A DNA stretch of 64,000 nt from positions 37,698,001 through 37,762,000 of the forward strand of contig NC_087437.1 in NCBI RefSeq assembly GCF_036321535.1, written 5' to 3'. Positions 33,901-46,560 of the stretch are shown here, piece after piece (position 1 is the stretch's first letter; each line of letters opens with the position of its first letter). Both the position numbers and the translations under genes were made by a program. The notes under the pieces were generated by a model. It was not told where the DNA came from and ran no database searches. It saw nothing but the letters and a program-made list of their open reading frames with translations. The stretch is from Camelus dromedarius. Taxonomy: Eukaryota.

Positions 33901-36784
33901 TATGCTCTTAATAGAGGTTCTTCAGTTAATGTTTCTTCTTAATGAACAGTAATTGTAATTGATATTAATTTAATATTTTAATTATGTAATGAAGGGCAGT
34001 GAATAAAAAGGAAATTGATGAGTAAATTTAGATGCATAATCTTTGAACATTTCAACCCAATACTGCCAAAGCACCGTTATGAATATGTAGTATAGTATAG
34101 TATAGGATACTGTCCACATTGCAATGTGCTTTTTACACCATAAAAACAAAAAGCATGTCTGAAGCTATACAAAATAATGTTACCATAGATGATCATGCAC
34201 ACTGTCTTTCATGATTCTAAAACAATTTGTAAAGGAGAGAATAAAACATATTTTGATTTCAGAAGAAGAGATACATTAAGGATGTGGAAGCAAATTTGGT
34301 TATTTGTAAATATAAATCTTTCTATGGATATATTCAAAATGTATTAGACTATAATCTCTTAAAGGATAGGAACTATTCCTGTTTTATCAGTCTTTGTATA
34401 ACATTTAATTAATGCCATTTACACAAATATTTAATTAAATAAAAATACATATTCTAAATTATGTCTAAAAGTTCACTTTTGTTTCCTTAAACAATTAAAA
34501 CAATTTTTAAAACCTCAAAGATTGAAGTATAACTTTTTGTTCCTAGTCTTTTCATAGAAATTTTAAATAATTTCTACTATTTTTTTATAAACTGTATTTG
34601 GATAACTTCAAAATAATTTTGTTCATTAAAAATTTTTATAGAAAATAATCATTGAGACTGGCCTATCATAATTAACAAGCAAAAACATCACAAAATAATA
34701 TTCTAAAGGCAAGGGAAACTTCAACATTACAGAATTGTTTTCTTTCACGAAGCATCAGGCAGATGGTCGAGATCACTGTGGTTCTTGTTGAGTGGGAAGT
34801 AAGAACATCTCCACATTGTACCATGGACAAGTGTCAGCTAATAAGTACAGTTTTAGTGTAAAATTTGATGGAACCTGATATTACACCTTTATAATGAAGT
34901 GTTCATGCTTCAATTATCCTTATTTTGAGATTCTCTAATGATGCCTGATCCATATCATAGGCTGGGAATTCCCTGTAATATTTCATCAGGCTTGTCAACC
35001 AGATATATTCATAAATGAGAATAAATGATCATGTCAGCATAAGTTATTGTGGTAATTTATGAAACTGTTAATGAGATTTTTTTTAGCTCATCAAAGGGAA
35101 GAGCTATGTCATTAAATTACTGTGCAATAATTTTATTTTGATACAGTAAGTGAACTGATATTTTATCAAAAACGACACCCTGATGCATCAGTGAACTGAA
35201 GATGAACAGCTAAATGTTCCAGTGAAATAAGTCTGATGTTATTTAGAAGCAGTTAAGATTTACAAAGGAATGTGTGGCTAAAACAAAGTGATTATTTCGA
35301 ATTAATTGGATATTTTTGACTTTTTTAGAACATAATTAGGAAATAGTCAATAATAAGACTTACCGAAATTTATTTTTAAAAATATATACTCAAACATTTT
35401 ACAATGTAACAAAGATGTGGTGTTCTTGAATGTAGACCCAAACATTAAGTGTTTATAGGAAGCTCAAGGAATAAGCAAGTCTCACAGCGAACCTACAGGA
35501 ATAATCAGGTAATCATGGGCGTTAAATCTGGACTCTGCTGTGCTATAAGGAAAGAAGGAAAAGGACATGGACCCAAGAGAAAAAACTTGTGTGTTTATCT
35601 CAATTTGAACAGTTTTTAAAAATAAATTGTATAAACACTCTAGCAGGAAAGGAGGGTGGTGATAGTGGCAGACACGGCACAGCATTCTATCAAAAAGGAA
35701 GGAAAAATTGGCTGTTTGAATGGAAGAATCTCCACCTGAGTGGAGAAGAGGGAGCACTTGAATTTACTAGAAACTGACATTGGAGGTATAGAGTTTGTGA
35801 AGAAACCAGTTCATTCAGTGTATGTTCTTCACCCCTTAAGTGTCATCTCTTTGGTATCCAGAGATCCAGTACAACTTTTGTGATGCCTTTGGGAGCATTA
35901 GAGACCAACTCATCAAGGTTCGTACAGCTCAAAGGCAATACACAAAATATTTACAACCTCTGCATACAAGAGCCTTTGAATGAAAACAGGAAAATATATA
36001 GATATATAGATCTTCATAGTACATCATTATAGGTGTGGCTCATAAACAGTTTAAAATTAAAAAACAACAACTGTGGTTTCATTTTTGTCTCCTTAATGTT
36101 CCTGGGTAGATGAACACCCTTCTAAAATTTGTCCTACCTGTGATTTTTAACTAAATAAGAATATCATTACTGGCTCTCATCCTTAAATAAAAGCTAGGTC
36201 AGTCCCATAAGGTTTGGAGTGCACTAATCTTAAACCTGATTGATAAGTGTAATCATTGATTTCTTAAGAAAATATTTACTGGATGCTTACTGGCAATAGG
36301 GACTTAGGTAAGAAGCTGAGGATGCATTTATATATGAGATTCCTTGTGAAGTAGATCCTATAACTTAAGGAGGGATGTAGGAGACACAGTAAAGGAGAGT
36401 GAGTTATTAAATTAGTGCATTAAAAAGTGTAATAATTCTTTAGGAAGGCCACAGACATGGAGGTATGTGATAGTTAAGGCTTTGTGGAGAGGAGTGCCTT
36501 CAGTTGGGACATAAAGCAAAGGCAGTAATAACTTTAGCATGCTTTACATTTGTATGAAAATTTTATACGTTTTATTTAATTTTCTTGTTACAAGAACCAT
36601 GAGCGTTATTAATTTGCTCATTTTTTTAACCTACTGAATCTCAAAGGAATTTGTGGTAGAATCGGGAGTCAGACTCAGGCATTTTTGTTTTGTTGCTTAT
36701 TCTATTTGTGATACAGTGCTATTCAATGGAGGATTTAAACCATCAGGTAAGCCCTTTACAAGAAACTTCATTATCAAAATCATG

Positions 36785-36990
36785 GAGTTAGTATAATGTA
36801 AACAGCATAGGACCTGTTGTTCAATTATTGGCTTTATTCCATTTTAGCTATGTGACCTCTGGCAGATTTCTATACCTCCATTTCATCTACAAATAATGAA
36901 AATAATATTTACTCACTCACAGGATTGTTTTGAGGATTAATGGAACAGTACCTGCAAAATCCTTAGGCTAGTATCTAGCACGTATTAGGC
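36785..36990 (+). mobile_element. MIR SINE
   Basis: 'tagctatgtgacctctggcagatttctatacctc...ataatatttactcactcacaggattgttttgaggattaatg'. Confidence 0.8.
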
Positions 36991-36991
36991 C

Positions 36992-37400
36992 TATAGTTCT
37001 CATATTTTGGGTTTCAGGGCCCTTTTACAAACTTAAAAGTTACTGTGTAACCTAATGAATATTTGTATTGGTAATAGCTATCAGTATTTGCCACATAATT
37101 TTAAAATATTTCTCTATTAACTAAAATTATAACAGTATACCCATTATAAGCTACAATAAATGATTTTTTTAAGAAAAATAACTGCGTTTTCCAGGCAGAA
37201 ATATTAAAGTGTGGCTGTGTTGTGTTACACTGTTAAATTTTTGTATGTCTCTACTATTTGCTTTAATAAAACAGCGCTGGATTATTGTATCTTTTTCTGC
37301 ATGCAGTCTGTTGTGATATGTTGTTTTTATAGAAGTATGTGAAGATAATCTGGTCATATATAGGTATGTAGTTGGGAAATTGAGAAATATTTTAAAAAGC
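36992..37400. mobile_element. hAT Charlie1 terminal fragment
   Basis: 'gttctcatattttgggtttcagggcccttttacaaacttaaaagttactg' resembles the Charlie1 terminus, followed by 'tttaataaaacagcgctggattattgtatctttttctgcatgcagtctgttgtgatatgttgttttt'. Confidence 0.75.
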
Positions 37401-38579
37401 TACTCTTATAATTTAACTATCCTTCCTGAATGACCCTCAGGCCACAAAGAATCAGACTTTTAACAAAAATCTTCTGAATTGTTTAGTTCTAAAACAAATA
37501 AACCATAGTTACCTTCATTTTATATTAAAAATGCACAATTTGTCACACTGCTGTATATAATGTTAAATGTATATGTTAGATGTTGCTGTTAAAAAGCTTC
37601 CCCCCAAAATACTTAAATGTTAAAAGTCAAAACCTTCCTCAGAATATACTTTTTAATTTGATATGGTCAAATGACATTATAAAGCTACCATAAAAATGCT
37701 TGTAGCTCAGCCTCTGTTTGCCAGCAGAGGTTGCTCTTAGGTTAGCGATTACCTTGAGATTACATGATATCAAAAATATTAAGCAGCCCAATGGAAGCTG
37801 TATTATGATGTAATTATGCAGAAGTTAGATTTAAATTAAATAATAACTACTTGAGTGACTCTCACACATGTTTTAATCTCCATATCATCAGAAAGTATAC
37901 TCTTTACAAAGATATCTCTGTAGCAGAACAGAAAGTGACATCCTTGAAATGAAAACAGCTTATGGCTTGCTAGGAACTAAGAATTGCTAATTTAGAAAAT
38001 CAGAAAAAAATTTGAGACTTATTGGGACTGATTTATAAAATCATACACTTATTCTAATCATATCATTTCTTTGGTTTGCCAACAAAGGTGCAAACCAGTG
38101 CACGTGTGTGTAAATAAATATAAAGATACAGATAATTATATGTATATGAGAAAAATACTTTGTTGTAAATAATTTTTAAATTAAAAAATTTGTCAGTAAG
38201 CAGAATGATAAACTAAACAGTGATATATAGACTATTTCATTTTTTTGCATAGGTCCATGAATATGCTAAGTTCATTTCACAAAGAACAGTTATAGAGTTT
38301 GAATTCCCTTGTGGTAATTCGGAGATATATAAAACTAATTAAATCAAATACTTCGTTAAAATGGTACTTTAAAAACCTATTTAAATTTAGAATTTTTAAA
38401 ATGTCAGAGAACATTTTGAAATAGAACTTTTATCTTCATTGTTAGGAATTTGAATCTTTGAAGATTCCTAGAGTAATATGATTTTTTTCAAATATTCATC
38501 TGAAATGAAGAATCATGTGAAATACCATTTAAAAATACCTTGTTAGTAACAATAGACTATCTATAACAATTATCTATAT

Positions 38580-38799
38580 GAGGAGTCAGCAAACTTTTTC
38601 TATAAAATGCCAGGTAGTAAATATTTTAAGTTTTGTAGGCCATATGGTCTCTATCATAACTATTTAAGCACATTATAGCACATAAGCAGCCACAGACCCC
38701 GTGTAAAGGAATGAATATGGCTTTGTTTCAATAAAACTTTATTTATAAAACAGATGGTGGACCAGATCTGGCTTGTGGGCAGTGGTTTGCCAATCCTTG
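38580..38799. mobile_element. hAT-Charlie MITE, MER58A, with perfect 8-bp TSD
   Basis: Termini 'gaggagtcagcaaactttttctataaa' and 'gtggtttgccaatccttg'. TSD atctatat at 38572-38579 and 38800-38807; 8 bp is the hAT signature. Confidence 0.92.
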
Positions 38800-41700
38800 A
38801 TCTATATTATAATATTACAGAAAAAAATTAAATGATTTTTATCATAATTTTTTATTTCAAGACTAGTTATCATTGTTTCATAGCATTTCTTGGGCACATG
38901 ACATTTATTGTTTTACTTAACAATATGTTACAATTAGATTAATGTTTCCATTATCAATATTTTTAATAGACCTGATGCCGTATTATATACTTTATATATA
39001 TACATATATTTGCATTTTATATGTATTTTTTCATTCCAGTGTTGTTACCCTTTTATAAGTGAAAATTATAATTACATTTAATTTTAGAATGTCACTCTGG
39101 GGAAAAAATTATGTATGTCTTATATAGTTAAAGCTACTAGAAACTATAGCCTTTGCTTTCTTTTTCTTTTTTACTTTTTTAGCAGCAATGTTTATTTTCT
39201 TACAGATTTATCCCAGATTATTTTTCCTAATTTTTTGTTATTTTATGCTAATATATTAAAATAATATATTAAACTTGTTTAGAAATACTGTTAATACAAA
39301 CTCTTAAGCTGGTTTTATACTAGACAAACAATAATAGAATTTCAGTGCTAAGATATTCTATTAGAATATAAATAAGTAAGTCATTTTGAACTTCTTCATG
39401 GAACAGTTCAAATTCTATCTTTGTTATTTTATTTTATTTTATTTTAAAAATGTACTATTGTTGCAATCGTGTGGCTATTACAAGGAAAAATTTTGAGTAA
39501 GCCATTTTCAGCATTGCTCAGCCAACTGACAGGCCTGATGATAGCTGATCATATCAAATATTATTTAGAAGCCATAGACACAATAATGTCTAATCAGTAG
39601 TAATGGAAATAATATTACAAATGATAACAATTGGAAACAACTATATTTCACTTAATGATTGGCTGCCTGAGTATCTTGCAAAACACGTTATAGACTCTTA
39701 GAGAGGCTTGCTTATTTGTTTAGTCAATCTACCAGAACTATTTATTGAGGTTTTTTTAAGTATATAAGCCAGGAACAAGTTACACAACTTGTCTCAAAAT
39801 TGCAGTTAAGATTCACAGTACTCTGCAATTCCAGCAGTTTGTGGCAGACTGCTTCTCAGTTGGGAAATAACATATGTCTGTAATATGAATTTGCATTGGT
39901 TCAAAAACATCTGACTTCTGAAACTACATATAAACTCTATTTGCTTGCTATTATGATCATATCACTATTGCTTTAAACATATAGCTACTAAATTATCATA
40001 TGCATTGGTATTAAAGACATAAATAAAATGGGAATCTACAAATACATTTTAACTACTTTTAAATACTGAAATATCTGAAACAGTATCTTCCAAAAGATTT
40101 CTTAAATTTAATATACTTAAGAATATGTTTTGACAAATACTTCAGAACTGACAAAATTAAAGGTTACCTTCTGAAGTATTTGTTACTAAGCCCTCTATGT
40201 ATCATATAAGAACTTTTATATTTCTTGTGAAGAATAATTATTAATTTATGTTTATATGTACATGTAGTTTTCTATTACAAATATTAGTTCACAACAAAAC
40301 TTTTAATCTTGAAGTTTTAAATTAATTTCATATAATTTCAGTTAACTGTGGGTCTGAACAGTACTAATGTAATTTTTTAAATTCAGATTGAACTTCTTAA
40401 AAACTGCCTTTTGGTAAACTGAATGAATGTTTTATTCAAACCCTTTAAATGGTTTGCAAACCTATTCTAAAATATTTCATATGCTTATTATGTGAAAATA
40501 TTTTCCTGAGGCATTAATACTTTACTCCTGACATTAAAATGAATGTTTATCCATTAAGACAAATAATGATGTCATTTATTCTTAGAGTGTATTTGAACTT
40601 TCATTTCTTTAATGGAGAAAACAATGTCACAAATAATTTAGAAGAAAATTTAGATCACAATTGGCTTTTCTACCAAGAAATGAAAATAAAATATTTAAAT
40701 TTTAGTTTCCTGATATGCATAAAGGATATGCACATATTCATATATAGGTAATTTTAATCTAAGAGCCCAAGAAATATCCATGTTAATATAAGTCATTTTG
40801 AATACCATACCTTGATTTCAAACTATACATACTAAGTACATGTGTCTTATTCCTATTGAAATAAAGCATTAGTTATGGTTACATTCAAATGTTACCATAA
40901 ATATACATAGTGTTTGAATCTATTGGAGCTGTCAGTGGTTGTATGTTATCTTGGTTTATGGTGAGGTAGAATACTATGGAATAAACTTGAACCTACAGCT
41001 AAACTTCCTCCATGAATGAACATATTTAGCTGTATACTCTAGGCTTAAGTCCATGTCGCCTGACAGTACTCAGTACTTAAAGCCCATCTCATAATAAAAG
41101 TGGGCTTTAGGTTTGGCTCCTCAATATACTCACAAAAATTTAGCACTACAGTCACTTCAATTAATCTGTAAAATGTATATATCCAAGCAGTATGACTAGA
41201 CCAGCTTTCTAAACTATGTCTTATGTATAGAATTTTATTGAACTGTTAACTGGTGAGAAAAAAATTTTAAATAAATAAAAGAGAGATAAAGGAAAAAAAA
41301 GAGAGAGGCATACAAGGAAAAATCAGTTATAAAATTTTAAAGTTAAATAATTTGAGGAGCTTAAGGCTTGGCAGCTGAAGATCTATCATATTCAGTTATC
41401 ATAATGTACCTTTAGTTCAGGGCTAGTACACAATAGATATACAGTGAATATTTGTTGAATAAAAAATGATTGAATAATATAGACTGTTGATCTTCCAAAT
41501 CCTTATACAGGGTTTCTTGGGTTTTTTTTTTTTTAAATAAGCAAAGAATAGTGCATGCTATATGCCAGTCATTTTCCCTTCATTCTAATGTCCAGCAGTT
41601 TAACTGTAGGTATTTGAAAGTTACCCTTAATTTTTTAATGAAGTAGTATAAAACAAATAAAATACAAGGAGTAGGAGAAAGCTACATAATTATATTTACT

Positions 41701-41949
41701 ATATAAGTATAGTAGTCAAAGCAGTAACTCAATGTCAAAAAAAAATGGAAATAGAATGCTTTAATAGACAGGTGATGGGGAATCCAGGAACAGGCAATAA
41801 GTGAATGTCTATGTTAGCAGGTTGGTGGGCTTCCTCAGGACATCTTTCAGCCAACTCCTAAAGGAACAAAATATGGGGCAAATTATCAAGAAAAGCACTC
41901 GGGCATCAGGCACCCAGGTTTGAAAGCTAATACTTACACTAAGGAAAGG

Positions 41950-42300
41950 TCTAGATGAGAAACCCAAAGTCATTCTTGATTACTCACTCACCCTTATCCC
42001 TATTTTTAAAGTCATTGAATCTAGCCGATCCTGTCTGATGGGCTCCTCACAATCTTTTCTTTATGTCCATCTCCTAGGGCACCAGTCTCATTTGAAATAC
42101 TGCTATGGCCTCATAGTTGGTCTTCCTCCTTCTTTTGTCTTGCCTAATGAAATCTTCATATTTCAGCCAGAGTTCTCTTTTTACACTGGCCCTGTCTATC
42201 AGTGCATGTTGTTCTTCTGTGTCAGTCATGTCTGTACCTCCAGCTCCTAGCAGTCTCAGGCACAGTCTCTATAAATTGTTTAATAAAAGAATGAATGACT
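41950..42300 (+). mobile_element. L2 LINE fragments including 3' end
   Basis: 'aaagtcattcttgattactcactcacccttatcc', 'tactgctatggcctcatagttggtcttcct' and 'cagctcctagcagtctcaggcacag...gaatgaatgac'. Confidence 0.7.
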
Positions 42301-42712
42301 AACAGCAAGGATGATTTCATCATAGTGATTTTCATTTGTTTGAACTAAACATCTTAAATTCTTCCTGGCTAAGATCAGAAATGTCCTTGGTGTCAGAGTC
42401 AGGCTGAGCAAGTAACCAGGATTTTCAGGATTCCAGAGCTATGGAGGGAGGAGGCAGAGCCTGATAGATTGCTTCTATATCCACATTAAGACTCCAATCA
42501 GTTAGTAGATTTTAGAGACAGGTAGGTGCTCCATAATTCTGAACTATGATGTCAACATGTTTTCTTAGCTAACAGCATTCCATTCCAGTTACGATAACTT
42601 GCACAACAAATGTCTGTCACAATGTACAAGTATAGGATCCCCCTGAAATCTTATAGTGCAGTTTTGCTTTGAAATACAGCAGAATTATTCCTGGGTGCCC
42701 TTTAAGTGAAAT

Positions 42713-42730
42713 AGAGAGAGAGAGAGAGAG
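42713..42730. repeat. (AG)9 microsatellite
   Basis: Seen directly. Confidence 0.9.
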
Positions 42731-42857
42731 AAAGAATATGAATCTTGGTCATTGAGGATCCCAAGCAATCTCATCCATTTTGTCCTCATGTCTGTTACTT
42801 CATTTTGGAAGTTAATCTGCAAAATCCAAGTTGTTTTTTGGGGTTTTTTTTCTCTCC

Positions 42858-42930
42858 CTTTCTTTCTTTCTTTCTTTCCTTCCTTCCTTCCTTCCTTCCT
42901 TCCTTCCTTCCTTCCTTCCTTCCTTCCTTC

Positions 42931-43013
<83 letters not shown>

Positions 43014-43025
43014 TTTCTTTCTTTC
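42858..43025. repeat. Compound tetranucleotide microsatellite (CTTT)5(CCTT)13C(CTTT)21TT(CTTT)2C
   Basis: Counted directly from the sequence; about 168 nt of uninterrupted pyrimidines. Confidence 0.97.
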
Positions 43026-46000
43026 GACAGGGAGGGACTAAAAACAGTCAGAAAAATTCATCTTTAAATGCCATTATGGGTGAGAATGTTGTAATTATTT
43101 CTTTGTACTAATTCATGAAATAAGATCAGGACTCAGTCCTTGATCTGTTCAATAAATAAAGAAATCTGTTGATTTTAAAGAAGATTGACATGTTTTAATG
43201 ATTTTTTTAAATTATAAAAACCAGACAAGCCCATAATAGAAAATTTGGAAACTTTAGAACCCTAAACACTATGTCAGTCATCCAAAAGCCACTACAGTTA
43301 CTTTTCTGGTATTCTGCCATGTGTCTTTTAAAGGAAAACTCTGTACTTGAAAAAATAACCTCAGAAACACCAAAGGATACACAATATAAAGTAAGCGATA
43401 AGGCAGCTTACAAAAAGGACCTGAGGCTATAAACTCACTGAGGCTTGGCAGAAGCTGTGTGTCAATCATACAACTTACAGGAGAGAGGATTTGGCAGGGT
43501 GGAAATGAAAAATTTGGCTTAGTTAATTTAAATGTAATTCATAATATTTATGTTCAATTAAAAGTTAAACTATGTTGTCACTACTAAAACTGCTTATTTC
43601 ATTTATATATGTATTTTACATTCTACACAGATGTCTTCCATCAAGAAAACAAAGTCTTAGCCTAAATAGCGTCAAAATTTGAATTGTTAATTTTATAATT
43701 ATCATTTAAAATTTTTTAAATTATTTGCTGTCTATTTCCAATATTAAAACTCAAGATTGATCCCAACATCCTTGAGACTGCCCTGACACACTTCCAAAAG
43801 AAGAGGAATGGCCACATGTCACCATTTAAACTGATAAACAAATTACTTATGCTTTTGTTGTTGGGTGGATATTTACATAATCAGACTACAAAAAAATAAG
43901 ATAGTATTTATAATTTATTTATCATTTTTTTGTTTTGTTCAGGTTTTGCTACCCTAAATGGTCTAGGTAATGAGAGAGGCAAGTTTCATATTATCAATAT
44001 TATATGCATATTGCAGTACATCGCTATATATTTGGAATACTCCAAATTTATATTACTGGAATCAGAAATGTAACTCACATGCTACAATCTGTTTGCACTG
44101 ATCATTTTGACAGACATCTTTTTGTGATAAATAACCCTCTACCCTGCCTTAGTAAGTAGGTGATTGTGAAAGTGACTTATACTTCTCTTTATGATTTTGA
44201 GTCCTAGCTCTCTTCTCTCTTCTACAGAAAATATCCTCATATAAATTCCAAAATGTATTCTGTGCCACATACTTTGAATTTTGCTGCTACAGTTGGTAGC
44301 AGTGGCAGCAGCACCATTAGCATACCAGTAGCATTAGTAGAAGTACATTGGTAGCAGTGGTAATTTATCTTTATTCTTTTATTTCTAAATATGCATGTGT
44401 CTTCTTTCTAAACTCATCCTTTTCTTAGGCTCTCTACTCTCTTGTAACTATTGTTCAAATCTCCCTTCCTCATTAAATTTCAGATATACCCCCAGATATC
44501 TCCCAAAAGGCCTCATGCCTTTTTCCAAAAACTCAGAGGGCACTTCTTTATCTTCCTTCATTTTTGTCTCCTCTGCCTACCCTTATATTGAATTTTGAAT
44601 GTCAGAAGAGAACCTGTGAATAGATACTTTTATACAATACAGTTTATGCTACACAAAGTAGAACCTCCAAATTAAAGAATATCATGAAAATTATTATAAG
44701 CCTAAAATGAACAAAGCTATCATTGGATTTTATCTATATGCTCTTACTGAATGTAATTTGAAAACAAATCATAAATTTTACATTGTGAGGATTAGGGAAC
44801 TTGGAGTACAAGGCCTATGTGCTTAAGATACATTAAAAAAAACTGATAAAGTGGCATTTGTCTTATTGTTTGCAATCTTGTTTTAAGTGTGTTTCATAAC
44901 ATTAAAAGATTTTTTTTAAGTAAATACAAAGATTGTGTTGAATTTACAAGGAAAATTTTCCCTCTTTGCACTGAATATGATTATTACACTCCCTCTTTTT
45001 GATGTTAAGGTGTTCTTACCACTCTGTCCTCAGCTTCCTGCAATTCTGATTGAGAAGAGAATTTTTAGTAACCTATTAACTTGCTGTTCAGTTCCTGGGA
45101 GAAGACTAATGCGACTATTTAATGGAATTCATATTTCAGTTTGGTTATGACTCTGCCTTATACTGAAAGTCCTAAAGGAGAGTTATTCCAAGGTAGTGCT
45201 ATAGGAAGAACAATAGTGGTATTGATAGAAACCAGGAACTTGGAATGGAAGCCTTCTTTCATTTAAGTTCTAGACATTAGAAATTTAGAAATATAGTGAG
45301 ATATCAAATACCAATGTTTTGAAAGATATGGAGAAATATGACAGAAACTAAGAGGAGAAATCAGAGAAAAGTATATTTTTAGCATTATCAGTATATAGTC
45401 ACTAATGCAGATTAAATCAACATGCAAAGAAATGTAGAGAAAGAACAGTAATTTTCTCTGAGCTTCAGGAGATACCCACATTTGGGAGGTTAGTGAGGAG
45501 AGATTGTAAAGGATCAGAAAGTTAATGACTGGTCAGGTCAACGAACTGTTTTAGGTAAAAAGATCTTTTCATGAATGAAGAGTTGGTTACATATGGCAGT
45601 AAGATTTACAAGAACTAAAACCTAAAAGAGTACATGTCATTAGTCAATAGAAAAGTAATTTGAGATTTAAAGTACATGTTCATATACTTTGAGTAAATAA
45701 ACCAAATTGAAGAGATTAAGAAGAGGTTATAATTTTAAAAATAGTACAGAACACTAAATTGAGACTTTTATGGAGAAAAGCTTCTATTTTTGCCTTTGAA
45801 TGCTGTCTCATCAGCCCACTGATCTGAATTTGTTTCACGCAGTACCTTTCTTTTCTTATCCTTCTCTTCTTTTATGTCAAGTCACTGTCTGATTAAGGAA
45901 TCATACGTGTTCCTTGACAGCAATGGAGACTGGAATCATAAATTAGGAAATTCCTTTCAACATATAAAGCTTATTTTAAATGTGCTGGACAGCTGAAAAA

Positions 46001-46099
46001 GCACAATGTCCACTATGAGACTGTGTACTGAGTGATCATTCCTGTGTGAGTGGAATATAAAACTCATTTTGAGAAATAGTGTATAATTCTAAAAATACA

Positions 46100-46560
46100 G
46101 CCAACAAATTCAGGAGAGTCTTAATATCAGACTAACGAATTGAGACTATTTGGCAAATGATGTCCTGTCAAGGAAGCAAATAGTGTAATAGTGCATTGTT
46201 TTCAGAAGATTAATTTGGCAATAATACATGGAAGAGAAATAAGAGCAGAATCAAACTAGTTAAGAGGTTTTTGCAACATTGAAGTCAAAATAACTCATGA
46301 GTCCTGCCTTTAGAGTTCTAGTGGCAGCAGAAATGAAAAGAGGTAGAGGACAGTATAATTACATGTATATATACACACTGTGTAAGTAGATTTTAAAGAA
46401 CTTGACAATGATGTGAAGGCAAGTGAAAAATCTGAAAGCTGAGACTGGTTGACTATGTTAAGCATATGAAAAGAGAGGAGAGTAAGATGATGAGTTAGAT
46501 TTTTGTCTTAATAGAATTTGTAGTGGAACACTCAGGTAAACATGCAGTTTTGAGGAATAG
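46100..46560 (-). mobile_element. Old L2 fragment (antisense)
   Basis: 'tgttttcagaagattaatttggcaataatacatggaagag...agttaagaggtttttgcaacatt...gtggcagcagaaatgaaaagagg'. Confidence 0.55.

Noticed and set aside
41078..41109. 9-bp stem (taaagccca/tgggcttta) with AATAAA in the loop
   Set aside because: A short stem is expected by chance, and there is no supporting transcript or terminal exon.
42745..43111. Three overlapping ORFs up to 119 aa (FLPS/FLSF repeats)
   Set aside because: They are translations of the (CTTT)n/(CCTT)n microsatellite, which contains no stop codons.
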